DNA of 24,179 bases, from UHGV virus genome UHGV-0071260. The stretch is one strand, 5' to 3'. A program made the position numbers and the translations under genes. Below are positions 1-7,685 of the stretch, in pieces. Positions within the stretch are counted from its first letter, which is position 1. Each line of letters starts with the position of its first letter. This DNA is from a virus. The notes below the pieces were generated by a model, which saw nothing but the letters and a program-made list of their open reading frames with translations, searched no databases and had not been told where the DNA came from.

Positions 1-8
1 TGAACAAG

Positions 9-197
9 ATGTGCAACGATCTTGAGCGCCCGCTATTGGTTAAATATCTGGACGGGGAAATCATAGAGCCACGCTACTTTGATGAGATTGAACTAAAGGC
101 CCGCAATGTTCGCGTTAAGCCGTTCCGGGCTTATGTTGAAGACCACTGGCGGAAATTGTTCGCCGGACTGAATGGGATGTTTGGCGTATGGCTATAA
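9..197 (+). CDS. hypothetical protein, possibly 5'-truncated (reading frame is open back to the window edge)
   Basis: ORF in supplied track; no stop between window start and the ATG at 9 in this frame; no recognisable motif. Confidence 0.35.
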   Translation: MCNDLERPLLVKYLDGEIIEPRYFDEIELKARNVRVKPFRAYVEDHWRKLFAGLNGMFGVWL

Positions 198-379
198 AAT
201 TAGTGAAAGTTAAAGACCTGAAAGGCGGCGAAAAGATCCGCACGTGGTATGGCTATAAATTTATTGTCGCTGCCTTTTCTTTCGGGCCTGGGGGTCAAGT
301 AACATTATTTGATGAAGAAGATGACGAGGTGGGTAAATGGCATCTTGAGCAATATGTCGAGGTGTTAAATGAAAATTAA
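188..379 (+). CDS. hypothetical small protein
   Basis: 63-aa ORF overlapping stop of upstream ORF; weak RBS. Confidence 0.4.
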   Translation: MAIKLVKVKDLKGGEKIRTWYGYKFIVAAFSFGPGGQVTLFDEEDDEVGKWHLEQYVEVLNEN

Positions 380-701
380 ATTCCATAAAGCATATGATAG
401 CGAAACAAACAAGCTATCACTATTTATTGAATTCGAACGCCGGATCGTGGTTGTTCCCTGGGCACGGCGCTTTAATGACGCCGCCGGGCGGCGACAATTC
501 GCGGTCGATATGCTGTTACGCGGTTGCGGCCTTATGCGCCCGCTATCTGATTTAAAACGGATGATGCCTGGATCGTTCGGTCAGATTGATGAAATAGAAA
601 TAAGCCAGGAAGAGCTAAAACGGGCGCGTGATTTATTCCTTTCAAGTGAAGGAAACCCGTTCAACCCAGAAACTGAAATGAAATGGCATCATCCACTATA
701 A
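369..701 (+). CDS. hypothetical protein
   Basis: 110-aa ORF with GAGGTG RBS about 6 nt upstream of ATG; overlaps upstream stop. Confidence 0.5.
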   Translation: MKIKFHKAYDSETNKLSLFIEFERRIVVVPWARRFNDAAGRRQFAVDMLLRGCGLMRPLSDLKRMMPGSFGQIDEIEISQEELKRARDLFLSSEGNPFNPETEMKWHHPL

Positions 702-713
702 AGGATAAATATC

Positions 714-1334
714 ATGAACGACATCAAAACGGCTTATTCACTCGGCAGCGAAGGCATGTTAATCACTCGCTACACTGAAGACGCAAGTTTTCATGAAGTA
801 GAAATTAAAGATTATCACGAAGTATTGAAAGATATGGAAGCTGGCAAGTATGACGCTGATTTGAATCTGGCGTTACAGATTGTTGATATTGTGATGGATG
901 CAAACATCCGCGATTATGTGTCTTTAAGTGCGGAAGAAAAAACATCGGTAGCTCGCTATGTCTTCTGTCTTGCTTTCGTAAAACGCATGGAAGAGGAATA
1001 TGGGCGCGTACCAGTGCCGGAAGATATTGACCCGCTTGCGTTCGGAAGCGCTGTTATCTTCCCGCTTGATGAAAAACGTATGGGAAGCATTGCGCTGTAT
1101 TCTATGCGTGGCATGATGAAAAAACTCTTTGAAGTTAAGGTGATGCAGAAATGTATTGATGAAGGCCACAAAGAGGAAGAAATAAAATTTTTCATGCCAT
1201 TGCTTTACGTTGAAATGGTCGGCAATGATATGCGTGCAAATGATCTAGGTGTACAGGCGGCTATTGCGGTGCTTAATGATGCACGGAAAAACTCACAGCC
1301 AATGCCTGAACCGGAAAAACGTGTACTGCATTAA
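714..1334 (+). CDS. hypothetical protein (206 aa)
   Basis: Long ORF with AAGGA RBS; no recognised motif. Confidence 0.55.
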   Translation: MNDIKTAYSLGSEGMLITRYTEDASFHEVEIKDYHEVLKDMEAGKYDADLNLALQIVDIVMDANIRDYVSLSAEEKTSVARYVFCLAFVKRMEEEYGRVPVPEDIDPLAFGSAVIFPLDEKRMGSIALYSMRGMMKKLFEVKVMQKCIDEGHKEEEIKFFMPLLYVEMVGNDMRANDLGVQAAIAVLNDARKNSQPMPEPEKRVLH

Positions 1335-1338
1335 CAGC

Positions 1339-1352
1339 GTGATTGCGATCAC
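1339..1352. promoter_or_regulatory. palindromic motif GTGAT-N4-ATCAC (copy 1 of 3), candidate operator
   Basis: Intergenic cGTGATtgcgATCACATAA; nested in a larger inverted repeat GCGATCAC(1345-1352)/GTGATCGC(1373-1380). Confidence 0.3.
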
Positions 1353-1432
1353 ATAAATATACATTTTGTGTTGTGATCGCGTATCCGTTTTGTAAACTGA
1401 AATTAAGAGGTTTACGGCACGGAGGAAACAAG

Positions 1433-1651
1433 ATGGAACGCGAATTGATGCTTTATTGCGTAGAAGGTGGCGTAGGTCACGATGCCTACGTCGCCGGGAA
1501 AGGCTACCCAGCCGATGAAGTGCTTTCTAATATGCACTTCAGAGAAAATGAAAGCCAGGTGTCTGTGTGGAAACGGTGCATTGATGGTATTGAGGTTGTA
1601 AGTATCGAACGGTATTTAGGCACGTTCGATTACGGTGTTATTGAGGCTTAA
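1433..1651 (+). CDS. hypothetical protein
   Basis: ATG at 1433 preceded by GGAGGAAACA RBS; the track ORF 1343-1651 is probably over-extended 5'. Confidence 0.5.
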   Translation: MERELMLYCVEGGVGHDAYVAGKGYPADEVLSNMHFRENESQVSVWKRCIDGIEVVSIERYLGTFDYGVIEA

Positions 1652-1653
1652 TT

Positions 1654-1746
1654 ATGGACGACACATTGTTTTATATGTGCTGTTGCTGGGGTTTTATTGC
1701 CTTATGTCTGTTTATCAGGTGGTTTATTGAATACCATATGAGGTGA
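1654..1746 (+). CDS. hypothetical hydrophobic Cys-rich mini-protein (30 aa)
   Basis: Read from sequence: MDDTLFYMCCCWGFIALCLFIRWFIEYHMR; fills the gap between flanking genes; below the 60-aa track cut-off. Confidence 0.25.
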   Translation: MDDTLFYMCCCWGFIALCLFIRWFIEYHMR

Positions 1747-1749
1747 GGC

Positions 1750-1944
1750 ATGGAACAGAAAACTGATTATAGAATACCTGACAACCTGAAGTTGGTTGGT
1801 ATTGGTTTTGGCTGTCATTTTGTATCTGACACAAACGGTGCAATTTATTTAGTGCGCATCATTGATGGCGTTCAGCATATAAGAAGGCTAGGACTTTACA
1901 TCAAAGCATTCAGAAGGGGTTATTTAAAAACTCATGAAATTTAA
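1750..1944 (+). CDS. hypothetical small protein
   Basis: 64-aa ORF with AGGTGAGG RBS. Confidence 0.45.
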   Translation: MEQKTDYRIPDNLKLVGIGFGCHFVSDTNGAIYLVRIIDGVQHIRRLGLYIKAFRRGYLKTHEI

Positions 1945-2137
1945 ACATTACATGGAATGGAAAATTCCAGAAGCAGCAACAAAGGCAGCGCCAGGAAATT
2001 ATTCTGGCGTTTATTTTTATATGGATGGCAAATGGTATTTCGGCAGCAGGCCGGATCACTATTATCAGGAAATATGCAAGCCTCACGTGTGGGATATTAA
2101 GGAACGCGTGCAAGGCGGTGTGATTGAGGATGTTTAG
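1934..2137 (+). CDS. hypothetical small protein
   Basis: 67-aa ORF overlapping upstream stop. Confidence 0.4.
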   Translation: MKFKHYMEWKIPEAATKAAPGNYSGVYFYMDGKWYFGSRPDHYYQEICKPHVWDIKERVQGGVIEDV

Positions 2138-2138
2138 A

Positions 2139-2366
2139 ATGATGCGTGCACTTATTGACTTCATCGTTGGCTGGTTATTTTGTTCTTTTTTCGTATTCTC
2201 ATGTATAGCCACTGTTTTTATTGGAATTTTATGCGGCGTGTCTTTTGTTACATGGGAACTACCAGAAATGCCATCACCTGATGATGCGCTTTATATGTTA
2301 AGGATCATTATTGCTTTTAGTGTATTTATTGGGTTCTTTTTCGCTGATTCTACTGATGATTTATGA
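2139..2366 (+). CDS. small membrane protein (two predicted TM helices)
   Basis: Hydrophobic stretches FIVGWLFCSFFVFSCIATVFIGILCGV and IIIAFSVFIGFFF; ATG at 2139 sits 8 nt after GAGGA; track start at 2124 is TTG. Confidence 0.45.
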   Translation: MMRALIDFIVGWLFCSFFVFSCIATVFIGILCGVSFVTWELPEMPSPDDALYMLRIIIAFSVFIGFFFADSTDDL

Positions 2367-2367
2367 A

Positions 2368-2601
2368 ATGGCTTTATTTAACCTGTCAGAGCCGCAATTC
2401 AACGCCGTAAAAACTGCCGCACGTGCGGCGCTTTCTGCCTGCAAAGCAGAGGTAGAAAGAAACGGCTACAGCGATAAAGCTACGCGGCTGATATTAGACA
2501 AGCATTATCGCAAGGTCGCCCCGCTAATCAGTATTGAGCGTTTTGTGTGGTTGGTGGGGTATCTGAATAACCGCTGGGGAACAGATCAGGATTATTTCTA
2601 A
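2368..2601 (+). CDS. hypothetical small protein
   Basis: ATG at 2368 immediately after upstream stop; track ORF 2311-2601 is over-extended. Confidence 0.45.
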   Translation: MALFNLSEPQFNAVKTAARAALSACKAEVERNGYSDKATRLILDKHYRKVAPLISIERFVWLVGYLNNRWGTDQDYF

Positions 2602-2610
2602 GGGGGCGTA

Positions 2611-3150
2611 ATGAAAAATGATTACGGCGGCAGCCATACGCCGAAAGAAATAAAAGACTTATGGCAAACGCCAAAACCCGTTTTTAGAGGAATGGATCGA
2701 GAATTCGAGTTCGTCGCGGATGTGGCGGCAAACAAGGCAAACGCATTAATACCGCGATATATAACCGAAGAAATGGACACGCTCCATTATCCGTGGGGAG
2801 CGGTGGCGATGCCTGGTGAGTATGTCTGGATGAATCCGCCATATTCTAATCCGGGGCCATTCGTTGATAAAGCGGCGCTTGAACACAGCCGAAATCATAT
2901 CGGATGCGTAATGTTATTGCCCGCTGACATTTCTGTTAGCTGGTTTATGAACGGCGTGGAGACGGCAAACGAATGCCGATTAATCACGCGCGGGCGGCTG
3001 GCGTTTATCAATGCTGCAACAGGGAAACCAGTAAGCGGGAACAATAAGGGGAGCTTGTTCCTGATCTGGCATCCACGATGCAGACATGAATGTATTTTCA
3101 CGCAGATAACACGTAAAGAGCTATATGCAAGAGGTGCAGAAAATGAATAA
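2611..3150 (+). CDS. DNA N6-adenine methyltransferase, phage Dam family
   Basis: NPPY catalytic motif (WMNPPYSNP) and N-terminal WQTP motif typical of the phage Dam family; AAGGGGG RBS. Confidence 0.8.
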   Translation: MKNDYGGSHTPKEIKDLWQTPKPVFRGMDREFEFVADVAANKANALIPRYITEEMDTLHYPWGAVAMPGEYVWMNPPYSNPGPFVDKAALEHSRNHIGCVMLLPADISVSWFMNGVETANECRLITRGRLAFINAATGKPVSGNNKGSLFLIWHPRCRHECIFTQITRKELYARGAENE

Positions 3151-3463
3151 AGCGGCTGAATTGCTGAGACTTGCGGCTGAAACTATCGAGGCAAGAGGGG
3201 AGCAAAACGGATACGATCGAAAAGAAGAAAAATCAGCGCCAAAAATAGCGGCTATTTTCAACGCTAAGATGAATGCGAATTTAACCCCACTTGATGTATG
3301 GGATCTAATGATTTGCCTCAAGGAAGCGCGTTTAGGGGCTATTCTCGCTAATGGAACTGATCCGCTCGACACTCTTATAGACCTTATTGCTTATAACGCG
3401 CTTAAGGCCGAACAGATATTAGCGTATCGGGAGGAAGAGCTAAATGAAGATGGTGGCAATTGA
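3143..3463 (+). CDS. hypothetical protein
   Basis: ATG at 3143 with GAGGTG RBS, overlapping Dam stop; the track ATG at 3125 lies inside Dam. Confidence 0.5.
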   Translation: MNKAAELLRLAAETIEARGEQNGYDRKEEKSAPKIAAIFNAKMNANLTPLDVWDLMICLKEARLGAILANGTDPLDTLIDLIAYNALKAEQILAYREEELNEDGGN

Positions 3464-3947
3464 CAGGTTATTAGCCTGCGTTTATGTCGCCGTTTTCGTT
3501 ATCATCAATCTTATTGTTAACCACTGTGGCCCGTGGGTAATTCCGATCACCACGGTAGCCGCCGTGTGTGTCAATATGATGATTCGTGATTTTCTGTTAT
3601 ATGACGGCGGCCTTAAATGGTCGGCTACAACATGCGCCGCCGCTGGCGCAATCACGGTGCTGATAAATTACGACGCCGGAATGGTGGCGATCGCCTCATT
3701 CGTCGCGGTTGTTTCCGGTTCGCTTATTTCTGGCGGCGTTTACCGGGTTTTACCTGGTGATTTCGATTCGAAACGCTGGCCTGCAAATATAGCGTCAGCC
3801 ATAGGCGATGCGTTGATTTTCCCTACACTATCGTTTATGGCGTTTATGCCGGAAATATCAGCGATGCAATTCATCTCAAAAATGGCAGCGGTAACGGTGA
3901 TCACTATCATCATGCGCCGCTATTTCACGTTTGAGGGAAGAAAATGA
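3444..3947 (+). CDS. compact polytopic inner-membrane protein (about 5-6 TM helices)
   Basis: Six hydrophobic segments in 167 aa; GGGAGGAAG RBS; stop overlaps the downstream ATG (ATGA). Confidence 0.6.
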   Translation: MKMVAIDRLLACVYVAVFVIINLIVNHCGPWVIPITTVAAVCVNMMIRDFLLYDGGLKWSATTCAAAGAITVLINYDAGMVAIASFVAVVSGSLISGGVYRVLPGDFDSKRWPANIASAIGDALIFPTLSFMAFMPEISAMQFISKMAAVTVITIIMRRYFTFEGRK

Positions 3948-4732
3948 GCAAGGGCAAACATTGGTTAAATAATTGGCTTAGAAGTTGGGTGGTGTGGTCG
4001 CTGTACGACGGCAGCGGGTACGCCGTTAAAGATTGGGCGGAAGCGGGATATAAGTGCTATTGCTTCAATTATGACGGTGCAAATCACGGCGATTATGAAG
4101 GCGTTAAAATCATTCATCCTAATATTGAATACGTTAACGTGTGGATTGACAGCCATTTCCTGGTAATGTTCTCGCCTGAATTGTCTTCTTATCCAGCACC
4201 TGACATTATATTGGGCTTTCCGCCGTGCGACGATCTCGCCGTTTCAGGCGCTCGCTGGTTCGCTGGTAAACGGGAAAAAGATCCTGCCTTCCAGGTAAAG
4301 GCGGCGTATAACGCAAAACTGGTAGAAAAACTGGCGAATATGTATAACGTGCCGTGGATGGTGGAAAATCCGGTGGGCGCACTGTCAACGTTATGGCGCA
4401 AACCTGATTTTATCTTCAACCCGTGCGCTTACGGTGGCTACCTGCCGGAAGACGATAAACACCCTGCTTTCCCTGAATACATAGCGGCCCGCGACGCATA
4501 CACGAAGAAAACTTGTATCTGGTGCGGGAATGGATTTAAGCAGCCGCTATTCCGGCCTGTGCCAATGCCTGATGAATGGGAAGACAGTAAGCAGCACGCT
4601 AAGTTAGGAGGAAAGTCGAAACGCACTAAGATGATCCGCTCACTAACGCCGCGCGGCTTTGCCCGTGCTGTATTCCTGGCTAACGACCGGGCCATCAATC
4701 GCACTACGCTTAACCGCGTTTTACCGGACTGA
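3944..4732 (+). CDS. C5-cytosine DNA methyltransferase-like protein, divergent (PCD in place of PCQ)
   Basis: Motif I-like DGSGY, motif IV-like GFPPCDD, motif VI-like VENPVG in canonical order; short C-terminal region; GAGGGAAG RBS. Confidence 0.55.
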   Translation: MSKGKHWLNNWLRSWVVWSLYDGSGYAVKDWAEAGYKCYCFNYDGANHGDYEGVKIIHPNIEYVNVWIDSHFLVMFSPELSSYPAPDIILGFPPCDDLAVSGARWFAGKREKDPAFQVKAAYNAKLVEKLANMYNVPWMVENPVGALSTLWRKPDFIFNPCAYGGYLPEDDKHPAFPEYIAARDAYTKKTCIWCGNGFKQPLFRPVPMPDEWEDSKQHAKLGGKSKRTKMIRSLTPRGFARAVFLANDRAINRTTLNRVLPD

Positions 4733-4755
4733 AATTTACAAAATGGCGCCATTGC

Positions 4756-4769
4756 GTGATGTGGATCAC
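4756..4769. promoter_or_regulatory. palindromic motif GTGAT-N4-ATCAC (copy 2 of 3), flanked by AATGGCGCCATT-type palindromes
   Basis: cGTGATgtggATCACATAA; perfect 12-bp palindrome AATGGCGCCATT at 4742-4753 and near-copy AATGGCGCTATT at 4772-4783. Confidence 0.3.
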
Positions 4770-4891
4770 ATAATGGCGCTATTCACTTTGTTCTGGTGTA
4801 TCCATTTTGTATGCTTCAAGCAAACGAAATGCTCTTTAAAAATCCGGCAGCGCTGAAATGCGTAGAAATCACCTGAAAAGGAGAGAGCATT

Positions 4892-5068
4892 ATGTCTTTT
4901 GATGATTACCAATGGCATGACGACTATGAACGAGAGAGCGTCATGCGTGCAATGTGCAATGTATGCAGCACAAAGAAAGGAGGCTGTAACGAGTGCAACG
5001 AATGCCTAGATCATTGGCTAATGGCCGGACACGCCGAAAGGCTGAACGAAACAGAGAATCAAAAATAA
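4892..5068 (+). CDS. small Cys-rich putative zinc-ribbon protein (58 aa)
   Basis: Read from sequence: MSFDDYQWHDDYERESVMRAMCNVCSTKKGGCNECNECLDHWLMAGHAERLNETENQK; GGAGAG RBS; below the track cut-off. Confidence 0.4.
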   Translation: MSFDDYQWHDDYERESVMRAMCNVCSTKKGGCNECNECLDHWLMAGHAERLNETENQK

Positions 5069-5082
5069 TCGGGGTGGTTTTT

Positions 5083-5688
5083 ATGCAGAACCCTAAAAAA
5101 CCCATAAGACGCCGTTGCAAATGCTGCGGCGTTTTTTTTGAGCCTAAATATCACAATCAAACGTGGTGCAGCGATGAATGTCTGGAAGAACTGAAGTTTG
5201 ATCAGCTATGCCGCGATCGTGAAAAGGCTATGAAGGCTATGGAACGAAAGAAACACCGTGATAGCCAGCGGGAAGAACGCAACCGGAAGCGGAAGCAGTT
5301 AAATCCGCGCAGCTACTGGATTAAACAGGCGCAAAACGTTTTTAACGCTTATATACGCGAGCGTGACGCGCGATTGCCGTGCATATCATGCGGGACTTAC
5401 TACGGTGAGCAATGCGGGTGGGATGCAGGCCATTACAGGACGGTAGCAGCCGCCGGACACCTTCGCTTCAACGAGGATAATTGTCACAAGCAATGCAGGC
5501 ACTGCAACCAGACACTAGACGGCAACATCGGAGGGTATCGCCCGGCGCTGATTCGAAAAATTGGCCTCGCCAGGGTGGTAGCTCTGGAGAACAACAACGA
5601 AACTCACAAATGGACGATTGCAGAATGTAAGGAGCTAATAAACATCTATCAGGCGAAATTGGACGCCTTAAGGAGAAAGGCAGCATGA
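5083..5688 (+). CDS. ninG: NinG/Rap-family recombination protein
   Basis: Close match to lambda NinG signature (PRSYWIKQAQ, FIRERD, LPCISCGT, WDAGHYRT, LRFNE, HKQC, CNQ, WTIAECK); ATG at 5083 follows a GGGGTGG RBS. Confidence 0.85.
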   Translation: MQNPKKPIRRRCKCCGVFFEPKYHNQTWCSDECLEELKFDQLCRDREKAMKAMERKKHRDSQREERNRKRKQLNPRSYWIKQAQNVFNAYIRERDARLPCISCGTYYGEQCGWDAGHYRTVAAAGHLRFNEDNCHKQCRHCNQTLDGNIGGYRPALIRKIGLARVVALENNNETHKWTIAECKELINIYQAKLDALRRKAA

Positions 5689-6086
5689 ATGAATATTCTT
5701 TTACCCTGCCTTACCCGCCATCGAACAATCGCTATTACCGACATTCGCGCGGTTTTCACTATATAAGCAAAGTGGGGAAGGAATATCGGGAACAAGTAAG
5801 AGACATCATCGAGCTATTAAATTTAAACATTAACCTACCTTGCCGACTGGCAATCGCCATCTATGCCGCGCCGCCGGATAACCGGATCAGAGATCTGGAT
5901 AATATCCCTAAATGCCTTTTTGATAGCCTTACCTATGCCGGATTTTGGAAGGATGACGGGCAAATTGACTCAATAAAAATTGTCCGCTGTCGGAAGGTAA
6001 AAGGCGGACGCTTGTTTATTAAGATCCGCGAACGCGGCGACCTGCTACCCGATATTGACGAATACGCAACGAATATATGGGGGTGA
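5685..6086 (+). CDS. rusA: RusA-family Holliday junction resolvase
   Basis: N-terminal FTLPYPPSNNRYYRH and RDLDN, GFWKDD, KGGRL motifs as in E. coli RusA; ATGA overlap with ninG. Confidence 0.9.
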   Translation: MNEYSFTLPYPPSNNRYYRHSRGFHYISKVGKEYREQVRDIIELLNLNINLPCRLAIAIYAAPPDNRIRDLDNIPKCLFDSLTYAGFWKDDGQIDSIKIVRCRKVKGGRLFIKIRERGDLLPDIDEYATNIWG

Positions 6087-6325
6087 CAATGGAGCTAATA
6101 AACATTGTTGTTAAATGTACTCAATCAAGCGTCGATTTTTTCACTGAAGGTAAAAAATATTCAGGTTTTATAAAGCATGGGTGCTTTGCTTTCATTCTAC
6201 AAGACGATCTTGTATCGGATTTCGACGACGCCTACGCATGGCGATTAGTCCAGTATTTCCCGTCAAAAAATGAGTATTTTTTGCAGGGTCATTTTAAAAC
6301 TCGGTTTAAGGTGGTGGAGAAATGA
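6077..6325 (+). CDS. hypothetical small protein
   Basis: 82-aa ORF overlapping rusA stop. Confidence 0.45.
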   Translation: MGVTMELINIVVKCTQSSVDFFTEGKKYSGFIKHGCFAFILQDDLVSDFDDAYAWRLVQYFPSKNEYFLQGHFKTRFKVVEK

Positions 6326-6504
6326 AAAACGAAGTTAAAGATCTGCAAATAGATATTCAGCGCGATGAGCATGATTTAGCTACAGTCCGACAAATCCAGG
6401 CTTTTCATATGCGCGAATTGCTTGCATTGAAAGAGCTTGAGAGGAAGTTAGTCCAGTCTATTTCTGATCGTAAACGCCTTATTGCTCGTTACGGGGGCAA
6501 ATAA
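6322..6504 (+). CDS. hypothetical small protein
   Basis: 60-aa ORF, start overlaps upstream stop. Confidence 0.4.
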   Translation: MKNEVKDLQIDIQRDEHDLATVRQIQAFHMRELLALKELERKLVQSISDRKRLIARYGGK

Positions 6505-7226
6505 TGAATCTGGAATCAATTCTTAAATTCCACTTCCCAAAATCACCGCGTTTGTCAGATGAAAGCCGGGGCACGTCCCCGGATGCGCTTAATACTACGG
6601 ATGCGCTAACTGCCGCTGGTATGGCGCAATCGCGCGTAGAGCTTGGTTATAGCGCTTTTCTGGGAAAGATGGAACTATCACAAGCCGAAAAACATAAGGC
6701 TGTAGTTTTGCTTACAGAGCGTTTAAGAGCTATGGCAAAAGATTACGAATACGTCATGGAGCTGGACGAGGACAAACGCAATGATCTTATTATTCTTGTT
6801 GCCGTTTTCGCGTTTCGGGATTACTGCCAGAGTGCCGCGACAGAAAAAACTTGTATGGATTGCGGCGGATATAAATTTACGTTTGACGACTACGGAGAAA
6901 AACACCTTTGCAAAAAATGCAAGGGGCATGGAAAAGTTCGCAATCATTGTAAACGATGCAAAGGGCGCGGCGAGATACCGGATAAAGCAGCCAGTGAAGC
7001 AGCGGAAATGCCAGTGTTCAAAACGTGCCAGCATTGCGGCGGGCGCGGGTACTCGCGTTTCCCTGTAGATCTTGTCCGGCGTGCGGTTAATCAGCTTGTA
7101 TTTCCGGTAAGCCGAACAACGTGGTGGAAGAAATACCGTGCTTTCTATGAAGACGCCATTACTGAATTGTTCAAAGAAGAGGCGCGGGCTGATAACGAAA
7201 TTAAACGAGTGACACGGGGTGAATAA
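6504..7226 (+). CDS. Q: late-gene antitermination protein Q-like, with an expanded DnaJ-type zinc-finger region
   Basis: Lies directly after ninG-rusA as in lambdoid phages; N-terminus MNLESILKFHFPKSP recalls Q82-type antiterminators; four CxxCxGxG-like repeats. Confidence 0.6.
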   Translation: MNLESILKFHFPKSPRLSDESRGTSPDALNTTDALTAAGMAQSRVELGYSAFLGKMELSQAEKHKAVVLLTERLRAMAKDYEYVMELDEDKRNDLIILVAVFAFRDYCQSAATEKTCMDCGGYKFTFDDYGEKHLCKKCKGHGKVRNHCKRCKGRGEIPDKAASEAAEMPVFKTCQHCGGRGYSRFPVDLVRRAVNQLVFPVSRTTWWKKYRAFYEDAITELFKEEARADNEIKRVTRGE

Positions 7227-7426
7227 TGAAACAACAAGAGATAAACATGAAAAAAGTGATTATTCTTTTTGAAGATTATAACGGTGAGGCATGGTGCAAG
7301 TATTTAAGCGGTGTTGAAGCACGGTTGGCGCTAACGTTTATTGCCGCACTGGATGAAGGGGATTTTAACGCTATTCCGGTTAAGCCAGTAGAAATCTATC
7401 GTCGCGAGGTGAAGGATGAAGCCTAA
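7226..7426 (+). CDS. hypothetical small protein
   Basis: ATG overlaps Q stop (TAATG); GGGGTG RBS. Confidence 0.4.
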   Translation: MKQQEINMKKVIILFEDYNGEAWCKYLSGVEARLALTFIAALDEGDFNAIPVKPVEIYRREVKDEA

Positions 7427-7685
7427 ATTAAAAGAACATCTATTCGCAAAGCTGGTTAATAATCTGACATTAACGGCGCGTGTGTGCAGTGATACGCAAC
7501 AATTAAGGGCGTGGATAGTAAGGGATTTAAGAAAATACATCGAGCCAGGCGGGCCAGGTGACGAGATGACTATGGACAAGGCCATCAAGCGCCGTTCGGC
7601 TGATTGGTCAGTAAGTAACACAGGATTAACCGGATACATCGAAGGCTATAACGACTGTTTACAGGATCATAGCGATGGCAAATAA
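7416..7685 (+). CDS. hypothetical protein
   Basis: GAGGTGAAGG RBS; overlaps upstream stop. Confidence 0.45.
   Translation: MKPKLKEHLFAKLVNNLTLTARVCSDTQQLRAWIVRDLRKYIEPGGPGDEMTMDKAIKRRSADWSVSNTGLTGYIEGYNDCLQDHSDGK

Noticed and set aside
924-1195. Two minus-strand ORFs (924-1169 and 956-1195) inside the 714-1334 gene
   Set aside because: Entirely antisense to a well-supported + strand gene, low-complexity translations, no RBS; typical shadow ORFs.
3444-3947. Membrane protein as a YhhQ/VUT-family queuosine-precursor transporter, implying 7-deazaguanine DNA modification
   Set aside because: Only topology and gene context suggest this; I cannot verify family-specific motifs by eye and no deazaguanine biosynthesis genes are in the window. 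Kept as a hypothesis inside a finding, not as a feature call.
4659-4856. + strand 65-aa ORF overlapping the 3' end of the C5-MTase-like gene and running into the intergenic region
   Set aside because: No ribosome-binding site; overlaps an upstream gene in another frame; the region is better explained as palindrome-rich regulatory DNA.
6723-7068. ORFs in alternative frames (6723-7034 minus, 6781-7068 plus) inside the Q-like gene
   Set aside because: Embedded in a gene with recognisable motifs; no independent start signals.
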